48,759 bases of DNA from a virus. The position numbers and the translations under genes are program-made. The first letter of the stretch is position 1. Each line of letters starts with the position of its first letter. The stretch is from IMG/VR virus record IMGVR_UViG_3300029805_000004; one strand, 5' to 3'. A model generated the notes under the pieces. That model was not told the DNA's origin. It made no database searches and saw only the letters and a list, made by a program, of their open reading frames with translations. Of this stretch, positions 1-6,694 are shown one piece after another.

Positions 1-119
1 AATACAGCCGGGGTGAACTCAAGTGAAGATTGATTTGCCATTATTTATACCTCAGTAATTTTGACGTTTTGTGATACCAGACCGTAGCTGTCTTTCAGCT
101 TCATGCCAGTCTCACGACT
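1..119. repeat. Terminal direct repeat copy 1 (identical to 48641-48759); most likely a circular-assembly overlap
   Basis: Bases 1-119 (aatacagccggggtgaactc...catgccagtctcacgact) recur exactly at 48641-48759. The junction lies inside minus-strand coding sequence. Confidence 0.95.
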
Positions 120-290
120 GATGACCTGACACGCAGTGCCGTAGCCACCTACCCAGCCACCTGTATCAGCTTTTTTACAACCGATATATGAAGGTACGTT
201 CTTCTTGACGCTGTATACCTCAACGGTCACAACACGGTGTCCGTAACGGTTGGGCTTGCCATACTTTTCAGTGAATATAAAGTGTCTCAT
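45..290 (-). CDS. hypothetical early protein (81 aa)
   Basis: ATG at 290 preceded by AGGAGattgaa on the minus strand. Only a 3-nt gap to the upstream small ORF. No family recognised. Confidence 0.6.
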   Translation of the reverse strand: MRHFIFTEKYGKPNRYGHRVVTVEVYSVKKNVPSYIGCKKADTGGWVGGYGTACQVISRETGMKLKDSYGLVSQNVKITEV

Positions 291-302
291 TTCAATCTCC
301 TA

Positions 303-1163
303 TTAAAACCAGCGACCTTCACAGATTGGGCCAATACCAGCCGCAATACTTTTTGGGTCAGTTAATAATCTACCGCAACACATACACGTGCCGGTGTCTC
401 TACCGTATTCTTTTGCAGCTTCCAGTGGACTTGCAGCCAACTTGTCTAACGTGGCTTGTAGGTCCTCAGACGCGGTGCGCAATTTACGCAGTTCACCGTC
501 AGCAGTAATTTTGCCTGCGTACTCGCCATGGTCCTTAATATAAAGGCAACCAACATTTTTACCTGTAGGCGGTGCGATGGATATCACAAGTGAACCGATA
601 TGCAGGCGGGGTTTTTTCAAACCACTCTCACGTGCAGTATCAAATAAGGCATTGATTTTTGTTAAGTCGATGATCGGTGCAGACTTCTTAACTTCAGCTT
701 GCTTGGCGATGTGCTTGGTGTGCATTTTCTCAGCAGCAGCCAACTGGTTGTCAGTCAACGAACCATAATCAGATACACTGCGAAGCAATGACTCAGCAAA
801 CCCATTCCAACTGCACACTTTCTTCAGAAAAATATGCAACTCTTCGTGGGCCTCAATCCATACAGCAGCTTTAGCTTCCAACTCAGACTGCTTTTTAACA
901 GCAGCAGTGGCCTTGCGACCATCACGTGAGAGTTTAGCTTTGGCCCGGTCAGCAGCACTGGTCTTGAAATAGCCGCGACCATTACACACGAAGCAGTTAG
1001 CTTTGGGTTGGTGGATACGAACGCCACCATAGATGCCAGTACCGCCACACTTAGTGCAGGGATACTTGACACCGTCTTTACAAATAGCTTTGGTGCTGGC
1101 AATCAACTGACCTTCCCAATCACCTTCTAAATCGTCGAACCCATTGAATGTATCGTCACTCAT
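303..1163 (-). CDS. zinc-finger protein: N-terminal DnaJ-type CxxCxGxG pair, C-terminal CxxCGRxLTDxxSxxxGIGPxC (DUF6011-like) motif
   Basis: 286-aa ORF with AGGAG RBS. Contains CTKCGGTG and CFVCNGRG near the N-terminus. The C-terminus is TCMCCGRLLTDPKSIAAGIGPICEGRWF. Confidence 0.7.
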   Translation of the reverse strand: MSDDTFNGFDDLEGDWEGQLIASTKAICKDGVKYPCTKCGGTGIYGGVRIHQPKANCFVCNGRGYFKTSAADRAKAKLSRDGRKATAAVKKQSELEAKAAVWIEAHEELHIFLKKVCSWNGFAESLLRSVSDYGSLTDNQLAAAEKMHTKHIAKQAEVKKSAPIIDLTKINALFDTARESGLKKPRLHIGSLVISIAPPTGKNVGCLYIKDHGEYAGKITADGELRKLRTASEDLQATLDKLAASPLEAAKEYGRDTGTCMCCGRLLTDPKSIAAGIGPICEGRWF

Positions 1164-1174
1164 ATCAAGTCTCC

Positions 1175-1528
1175 TTAAAATTTACGTTTAGGGATTTTCA
1201 TAACGATTTCTGACACCTTCATTTCGCTGGCAGTATCAACAAGCTCACCACACGACTCTTCAAACTCTTGCATGGTATCGGCACCGCGAAAAACAAACTC
1301 CAAATTAATCTCGTCAGCATTAGGGTATGCAGTTCTGATGTAATCAATATGAGAGGCAAGGTTTGCTTTAGTCAGCGGTGACACTTCATGGTCAATGCCA
1401 TCATTCAAGCGCGTGTTTTTGCGGTCATATATATAAAGCAATGCTTCACAGCGAATGAAGGGGTAAACCTTCTTAGCTTCAGCGTAACCTTCTTTGCGAA
1501 GTTCTTTCAGTTGTTGAAGTAATGTCAT
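1175..1528 (-). CDS. hypothetical early protein (117 aa), first gene of the leftward arm
   Basis: ATG at 1528 preceded by GGAGattgaa. Lies downstream of the leftward promoter-like element. No family recognised. Confidence 0.6.
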   Translation of the reverse strand: MTLLQQLKELRKEGYAEAKKVYPFIRCEALLYIYDRKNTRLNDGIDHEVSPLTKANLASHIDYIRTAYPNADEINLEFVFRGADTMQEFEESCGELVDTASEMKVSEIVMKIPKRKF

Positions 1529-1566
1529 TTCAATCTCCGGGGTGGTGGTTTAATTAACTTAATGAC

Positions 1567-1595
1567 ACTATGCGCCTCCTGTCCGACACTGTCAA
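1567..1595 (-). promoter_or_regulatory. leftward sigma70-like promoter (TTGACA-17 nt-CATAGT)
   Basis: On the minus strand, TTGACA is the complement of 1590-1595 and CATAGT the complement of 1567-1572, with a 17-nt spacer. The spacer contains the operator GTGTCGGACAG. Confidence 0.5.
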
Positions 1596-1630
1596 CTTTA
1601 TCCGTTATTTACTTTAACGCTGTCGGACAG
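1579..1630. promoter_or_regulatory. operator pair: 10-bp inverted repeat CTGTCCGACA (1579-1588) / TGTCGGACAG (1621-1630)
   Basis: Read directly. The same TGTC-n-GACA / GACACTGTC motif recurs at 4532-4550, 8001-8019 and 47253-47305. Confidence 0.6.
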
Positions 1631-1659
1631 TTGACACACTTCTATAGCGGTAGTAGGGT
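1631..1659 (+). promoter_or_regulatory. rightward sigma70-like promoter (TTGACA-17 nt-TAGGGT)
   Basis: TTGACA at 1631-1636, a 17-nt spacer, then TAGGGT at 1654-1659. The operator copy at 1621-1630 abuts the -35. Confidence 0.45.
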
Positions 1660-1770
1660 TGTTGCTTGCTTTGGCTAGGTGATGAATAGCTGTCATCACT
1701 GAACGCTTCTTTCCGGGGAAGCTGCCACGGCCCCACTTACCGGGTGATATCGACGGAGGATATTATTAAA

Positions 1771-4236
1771 ATGCATCCAATAATAAGAATTAATAACGAC
1801 GAATTTCTACGCGGGATTTTCCGCGAAAATTATCTAACCACCCATGTCAACAGCTTTGCTTTTGATCCAAATAATATTCCCAATGACATGCGTGGTATTG
1901 CATGGGCTGGTGGCTATTATGAGAACACGCCGCTACGACCGGGAGAGAATCAATTTTTCTGCGTATCGCAGTTCATGATTGACTTCACCACGGGTCGAGC
2001 AGTCAGGCGTAAGGCCAACTTCCTTGCTACCTATCTAATCGTCGCTGATGACGTGGAAGAGAAGCTACCACTTGAGCAGGTCCAACGCTTGCCCAAGCCG
2101 AGCTACATACTCAGGACATCCAACTACTCATATCAATGGGGCTGGATTCTGGAAGTCCCGGAAACGAACATGGACCGGGTCAACAACTTACTGGACCAAC
2201 TGATTGCGAATGGTTTAGCACCTGACGGTACAGATCCGGGCATGAAAGGTGTCACCCGGTTGATACGCACACCTGATGGCTTCAACACCAAGGTCAAACG
2301 AATTGAAGAGAACGGTGGCGCGGCGCCACAGTGTGAAGTCACGCAGTGGAACCCGGAACTACGCTACACCATGGAACAGTTAGCCGAGCCCTTCAATGTT
2401 GAGCTCGACGCACCACGGTCTGACGGTCGAGTTGACGGTGCAGCCGATGTGCCTGACCACCCGGTGCTGCAACATCTAGCTATCAAATCCACCTTGAGTG
2501 CAGGCCGATACGACATCACCTGTCCATGGGTCGATACGCATACTGATAAAGACGACAGCGGTTCAGCCGTATTCACTAATGAAGATGGGACCGTTGGCTT
2601 CCAATGTCACCATGGTCACTGCCAAGAAAAGACAGCGGGTGACGTGCTCAACTTCCTGAACGTGACGGTCCCCGGCTTCTCGACGGTGTATTCAAACTGG
2701 AAGATGAACCGGGCTTTAGACACGTTGCCTGATATCCCAACGGCACCGCCATCAATGCAAGTACCGATACTCAGCTTCATGGGGGTGGCCCCGGTAAAGG
2801 AGGATGATAGCGGCATGGACGCGGCGATAGTAAAGCTGTCTCACATGGTCCCCGGTGATGAGCAGCGGGTATTCGCTGAAACATTACTGCACACCATCAA
2901 TGGTCTGAGCAATGAAATGTTGAAGATCACTTACAATGAAGATGTGCGACTCTCAATGGACTGGACCAAGTCTGAACTGACTAAAATTATCAAGGCCCTG
3001 CATCGCAGTCACGCGGTAGCGCATGGGGCCAACGATACAATGTGGCTACTCGACAACATCGTGCTGATGACTGAAGGTGCGGGTGGCTTCTATAATATCC
3101 ATCGCAACGTATTCCAGTCCGCGTTCTCACTCACTGCAACCTACGGTCACATGGTGCTAGGTGATGAGACACCCGCCAGCGTGATAGCCAACAATCCCAA
3201 CAAGCGAACAGCGGACCGTATAGGGTGGCACCCGACAGCGGAACAGACCTTCGACTACGATGGTCGGACCTACCTGAATACCTACTCACCACCACGCATG
3301 ATACCAATCCCCGGTGACGTCAGTCAGTGGCTACAACTCATGGACTTCCTATATAAAGAGCACGCACATCTACTCATTCAACACATGGCATTTACTTTGC
3401 AACGGCCCGACGTGAAAATTCGCTGGCAACCGTTGATTGGTGGTATCCCACGTAGCGGCAAGACAATGAGCATTAAACCATTGATAAAGATATTAGCCGG
3501 TAGTGCAGCCATGGTCAGTAATGATGACTTTGAAGCAGGATGGGGTGATGTCTTTAGTGAGAAGAAAGCGATTGCCTTTGAAGAAGTATGGCAACCAGAT
3601 AAGCGGCAGTTCAACAGGCTTAAAACGAAGTTGGCTAATGATGACATTGAAACGCTGAACATTAAGGGCCAAGGCTTGAAAACGCAGCGCAATCTATACA
3701 GTATCTATATGTTCACCAACCATCTTGATGCGCTTCAGTTTGATGATAATGAAGATAAGCTGCTGGTCATACGGTGCAATGAGCGCATGAGTGTGGAGTT
3801 CTACCGTGAGCTTGGCAACAAGATAGACTTTGATGCGAATTACATTGCCCACATCTATCATTACCTGCTGAATGTGGATCTCAGTACCTTTGATCATGGA
3901 CGTTTGCCAGTGCGTACACAGGCCATGTATGACATGGTAAAAGAGAGTCGTCCTGAGTATGAAACTTTAGCACTGGAATGGCTTGAAGATGAAGTGTTTA
4001 ATCCAGCCTGTTTTCGCATGGCAGATATGATGTCAAAACTACGAGATTGTACGACAGTCAGAAGCATGAAAAAGGTGGGGCAAATGTTGCATCGGGAAGG
4101 TTATATTTCTCATAAGGCCCAAAGAAAGGGCCATCCGGTAGTCAGGTTCTGGTCAAATGATGCTGCCTGCATTGATATGAAGCCGGTTGATTTGCACACT
4201 TACTACCACAAGATGCTCACAGCATCAATCCCATAA
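1771..4236 (+). CDS. DNA primase/helicase (AEP-type primase N-domain, Cys/His zinc module, SF3/D5-like NTPase)
   Basis: GGAGGA at 1755-1760, 10 nt before ATG 1771; the track start GTG 1744 is less likely. Primase-like LIVADDVE and TRLIRTPDGFNTK motifs. Zinc module CPWVDTHT...FQCHHGHC. Walker A is GGIPRSGKT. Confidence 0.8.
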   Translation: MHPIIRINNDEFLRGIFRENYLTTHVNSFAFDPNNIPNDMRGIAWAGGYYENTPLRPGENQFFCVSQFMIDFTTGRAVRRKANFLATYLIVADDVEEKLPLEQVQRLPKPSYILRTSNYSYQWGWILEVPETNMDRVNNLLDQLIANGLAPDGTDPGMKGVTRLIRTPDGFNTKVKRIEENGGAAPQCEVTQWNPELRYTMEQLAEPFNVELDAPRSDGRVDGAADVPDHPVLQHLAIKSTLSAGRYDITCPWVDTHTDKDDSGSAVFTNEDGTVGFQCHHGHCQEKTAGDVLNFLNVTVPGFSTVYSNWKMNRALDTLPDIPTAPPSMQVPILSFMGVAPVKEDDSGMDAAIVKLSHMVPGDEQRVFAETLLHTINGLSNEMLKITYNEDVRLSMDWTKSELTKIIKALHRSHAVAHGANDTMWLLDNIVLMTEGAGGFYNIHRNVFQSAFSLTATYGHMVLGDETPASVIANNPNKRTADRIGWHPTAEQTFDYDGRTYLNTYSPPRMIPIPGDVSQWLQLMDFLYKEHAHLLIQHMAFTLQRPDVKIRWQPLIGGIPRSGKTMSIKPLIKILAGSAAMVSNDDFEAGWGDVFSEKKAIAFEEVWQPDKRQFNRLKTKLANDDIETLNIKGQGLKTQRNLYSIYMFTNHLDALQFDDNEDKLLVIRCNERMSVEFYRELGNKIDFDANYIAHIYHYLLNVDLSTFDHGRLPVRTQAMYDMVKESRPEYETLALEWLEDEVFNPACFRMADMMSKLRDCTTVRSMKKVGQMLHREGYISHKAQRKGHPVVRFWSNDAACIDMKPVDLHTYYHKMLTASIP

Positions 4237-4303
4237 GCGTTAATGCTACTCTCAACACCAGTCGTGCTGGGAGTAGTAATGCTGTGAGCGTTGATACCCA
4301 CTT

Positions 4304-4523
4304 CAGTGACTACTTTTGCTATCTGACTACCTTTACTGACTACCTAAAAACTCTAATGAAAACAATAGTATATATATACTTTTAATAAAGGTAGTCAGGT
4401 AGTCACTACTACTAATACTTATACTTAACACTGTTATAAACGTTAATGTAAATTCTCAACGATTTACGTTTTCATCCTCTTACGGTATTAGTAGTCACAA
4501 ACTACTGACTACCGACTACCTTT
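4304..4523. other. putative replication origin: iteron array (cTGACTACCttt) in both orientations around an AT-rich core
   Basis: TGACTAC at 4307, 4324, 4337 and 4506, plus CGACTAC at 4513. The complement GTAGTCA is at 4391, 4399 and 4491. The core 4344-4390 is about 83% A+T and includes tatatatata. The region is non-coding. Confidence 0.55.
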
Positions 4524-4529
4524 GATTTG

Positions 4530-4559
4530 TTGACACTGTCGGACACTGTCTGCTAGTAT
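4530..4559 (+). promoter_or_regulatory. sigma70-like promoter with embedded operator (TTGACA-18 nt-TAGTAT)
   Basis: TTGACA at 4530-4535 and TAGTAT at 4554-4559. The spacer is CTGTCGGACACTGTCTGC, which carries two overlapping GACACTGTC copies (4532-4540 and 4542-4550). Confidence 0.55.
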
Positions 4560-4602
4560 CTTGGATGGGGCAATGTTGCCCGGTGTAAATGGAGTTTGAA
4601 AC

Positions 4603-4737
4603 ATGAGTAAATTCGACCATAAGAAAGTGCCTGAAGGAATGTTCTTTTGCCAAGGGTGTAGACAGCAACGACCTGTCGGTGATCGCACTGGTAAATACGG
4701 TAAGTCATGCAGCAAGTGCAACGGTGAATCATCATGA
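4603..4737 (+). CDS. 44-aa zinc-ribbon mini-protein (CxxC...CxxC)
   Basis: Below the ORF-track cutoff. GGAG lies 8 nt upstream of ATG 4603. Sequence MSKFDHKKVPEGMFFCQGCRQQRPVGDRTGKYGKSCSKCNGESS. ATGA overlap with the next gene. Confidence 0.55.
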   Translation: MSKFDHKKVPEGMFFCQGCRQQRPVGDRTGKYGKSCSKCNGESS

Positions 4738-4952
4738 GATTATCCATCGGTTTAGCAGTGGTTTTTCTTACCGGGATGTTTTTCAGCATCATGGCGTGGT
4801 ATTTGGATTTGCCCACGGTTGGACTTAATGACCGGCACGAATGTCAATGGGTGGAAGAAGCACCTGCGTTTGAACGACGTGACTGCCCAAAGGAATTACC
4901 AGACAGCTATCATCCAGTGTATGTGCACTATGATGACAGCAAAGGGGAATAA
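4734..4952 (+). CDS. small membrane protein (72 aa, N-terminal TM helix)
   Basis: ATGA-coupled start. Hydrophobic segment LSIGLAVVFLTGMFFSIMAWYL. Confidence 0.55.
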   Translation: MRLSIGLAVVFLTGMFFSIMAWYLDLPTVGLNDRHECQWVEEAPAFERRDCPKELPDSYHPVYVHYDDSKGE

Positions 4953-4954
4953 TC

Positions 4955-5086
4955 ATGCAAGACTTACTGCACGCTATCTTGGAAGAATTGAAGCGGAACA
5001 ATGAATTATTACAGCAGATGCTTGAGCAGCGGGATAAGGACCTTGACCTAGCTGATGAGCTTGAACGGGAGTTGAAGCGTGATTGA
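4955..5086 (+). CDS. 43-aa coiled-coil mini-protein
   Basis: AAGGGGA RBS before ATG 4955. Sequence MQDLLHAILEELKRNNELLQQMLEQRDKDLDLADELERELKRD. Fills the gap between neighbouring genes. Confidence 0.45.
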   Translation: MQDLLHAILEELKRNNELLQQMLEQRDKDLDLADELERELKRD

Positions 5087-5270
5087 CATTTTGTTGGAGA
5101 TAGCGACTGAGCGTAAATATGCCAAGGCCAGTATGGTAGCGGCACCACGTTGTTCGTCTTATGACGATGAGTGTGTGGACGTTACATCACCATCAAAATG
5201 CTGGATTGGTGATAACAAGACAGGACCGGCTGATGGCTACTGTCCATTGATGGGGCGAAGCAATGACTGA
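5079..5270 (+). CDS. hypothetical Cys-containing protein (63 aa, GTG start)
   Basis: GGGAG lies 7 nt upstream of GTG 5079. The ORF overlaps both neighbours by 8 nt. Confidence 0.45.
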   Translation: MIDILLEIATERKYAKASMVAAPRCSSYDDECVDVTSPSKCWIGDNKTGPADGYCPLMGRSND

Positions 5271-5430
5271 ATCACCGTGTTGTGAGGCACCGTTTGTATC
5301 GTTCAGATCGTTGAACATGAAGATGTGCGCTGACTGTTTACAAGAATTTCCATGGGACCTGAAGAAAGGTCAGAACCCATTGCTTACAGGCAGCAGAGAT
5401 AATTCAAAATTTGGAGAACATAATGACTAG
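5263..5430 (+). CDS. 55-aa Cys-rich mini-protein
   Basis: ATG 5263 overlaps the previous stop. Sequence MTESPCCEAPFVSFRSLNMKMCADCLQEFPWDL...; stop TAG at 5428-5430. Confidence 0.45.
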   Translation: MTESPCCEAPFVSFRSLNMKMCADCLQEFPWDLKKGQNPLLTGSRDNSKFGEHND

Positions 5431-6142
5431 ATGGACAATTAGTAATGGCGATAGACCAGTCAGTGACCACACGTTGATTAAAGTGGAATTTGATAATGGG
5501 ACCTTCAAGACTGACGAGTGCTACAAATTTGAGTGGCGTAAAATCATGCCGTCAGGTGGCAACATAGCGCGGTGGCAATTAGCTAAAGAGGAAGTCATTG
5601 ACAGCGGCGTCCTACACACTGTTGGGATTGTTGGTAAGCATCAATGGAATAAGGCGAAAGGTGTACCACCTAACGCGCACCACCTGCGAGTTGATGTAGA
5701 GTTTGAAGATGGTCACACCATAGAAAACACCCATATTTCAGATGTCAACTGGTACAAGGAAAGTTTGAACGCAGTGGTCAAGTGGCGATATTGTCAGACA
5801 CCACCCAAGCACACTGTTGAGTTTGAAGAAGAAGCGGCTAGTGTGAGTGAAGATACATGGGAGTCCTTAATCGTGCCTATACTGACCCAAGTCGGTAAAC
5901 AGGACCGTTACATGATTGGTGATGATAAAGACAAGATTGATATGTGGGCTGAACAACATCCCCATGATATCTTCAGGAAAATCATGTTTGCCATGATTGA
6001 CAAGTATGAGTGCAGGCTGGGTAGAAAGGATGACATAGTCAATGAGACTGCTAAAATGCTAGACTACATGAACCGCTGGCACAATTATGAATTGATATGG
6101 GCGAAAGAAGATGCTGAACAGCAGACAACGACGACGGCTTGA
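5423..6142 (+). CDS. hypothetical protein with duplicated N-terminal domain and DUF3310-like C-terminus
   Basis: GGAGA at 5413-5417 before ATG 5423; the track start is TTG 5411. Two similar segments: HTLIKVEFDNGTF...W and HHLRVDVEFEDGHT...W. The C-terminal IDKYECRLGRKDDIVNETAKMLDYM resembles the DUF3310 core as I remember it. Confidence 0.6.
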   Translation: MTRWTISNGDRPVSDHTLIKVEFDNGTFKTDECYKFEWRKIMPSGGNIARWQLAKEEVIDSGVLHTVGIVGKHQWNKAKGVPPNAHHLRVDVEFEDGHTIENTHISDVNWYKESLNAVVKWRYCQTPPKHTVEFEEEAASVSEDTWESLIVPILTQVGKQDRYMIGDDKDKIDMWAEQHPHDIFRKIMFAMIDKYECRLGRKDDIVNETAKMLDYMNRWHNYELIWAKEDAEQQTTTTA

Positions 6143-6251
6143 AGCCGAGTTGCACAATGCCAACATTGAGGCTGACAAGAAGCAGCGTTCAAAGTGGGCC
6201 ATACGTGCACTTCGTGAAGAGTTTAACAAAGGACGAGAAGGGACGATATGA
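6111..6251 (+). CDS. possible 46-aa basic coiled-coil mini-protein
   Basis: ATG 6111 lies inside the end of the previous gene. Its stop overlaps the terS ATG (ATGA). The RBS is weak. Confidence 0.3.
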   Translation: MLNSRQRRRLEAELHNANIEADKKQRSKWAIRALREEFNKGREGTI

Positions 6252-6694
6252 GTGACTTAGACTTCATGGGTACTGTTGATGAACTGCTATTGCCGATGGT
6301 GGGCAAGCAGGCCCCATTTGTCGAAGAATATCTTATTGACTTCAACGGAACACGTGCTGCAATCGCCGCTGGATACAGTGAAAAGACTGCAACATCAATG
6401 GCTTCGGAGAACCTTAGAAAACCACACATCATTGCTGCGATAACGGCTAAGTTGGAAGAATCAGCCATACGCAATGAAGTAACGATTGACAGCTTGACGA
6501 AGGATTTGCGTAGTGCTGTGAGGATTGGGAAGCAGGAAGGTCAGGCGTCAGGCGTCACTGGTGCGGTGATGGCGATGGCTAAGATCCATGGTTTTGCCAA
6601 CGACAAATCGACAATCATCCATAAAGGCGATGTGAATCTGCACCACACAATAGAATTTGTGACGCCTAGTGGCCCACCTACAAATACCGAGTAA
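6248..6694 (+). CDS. terS: terminase small subunit (Terminase_2/P27-type)
   Basis: APFVEEYLIDFNGTRAAIAAGYSEKTATSMASENLRKPHI matches the small-terminase HTH signature. Lies immediately upstream of terL. Confidence 0.85.
   Translation: MSDLDFMGTVDELLLPMVGKQAPFVEEYLIDFNGTRAAIAAGYSEKTATSMASENLRKPHIIAAITAKLEESAIRNEVTIDSLTKDLRSAVRIGKQEGQASGVTGAVMAMAKIHGFANDKSTIIHKGDVNLHHTIEFVTPSGPPTNTE

Noticed and set aside
824-1102. 92-aa alternative-frame ORF and short plus-strand ORFs (326-508, 577-768) overlapping the 286-aa zinc-finger gene
   Set aside because: They are nested inside a longer ORF that has an RBS and conserved Cys motifs. Nothing independent supports them.
1744-1770. Upstream alternative starts given by the ORF track (GTG 1744, TTG 5411, GTG 8837, GTG 37088, ATG 37377, ATG 39883, TTG 40359, ATG 41272, TTG 43605, ATG 43950, TTG 47546, TTG 47921)
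   Set aside because: In each case a downstream ATG has a better Shine-Dalgarno spacing and/or gives the ATGA/TAATG coupling or near-abutting spacing used throughout this genome. The longer forms would overlap the upstream gene by tens of nucleotides.
4247-4275. Hairpin tactctca...tgggagta after the primase-helicase stop, considered as a terminator
   Set aside because: The 8-bp stem includes a G-T pair, the loop is 13 nt and no T-run follows. This is not convincing as an intrinsic terminator.
4304-4523. Short repeated heptamers considered as a CRISPR, tRNA or packaging (pac/cos) site
   Set aside because: The repeats are 7-11 bp, occur in both orientations and have irregular spacing around an AT-rich core. 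No cloverleaf can be drawn. The site is 1.7 kb from terS and adjacent to the primase-helicase, so an origin is the better reading.
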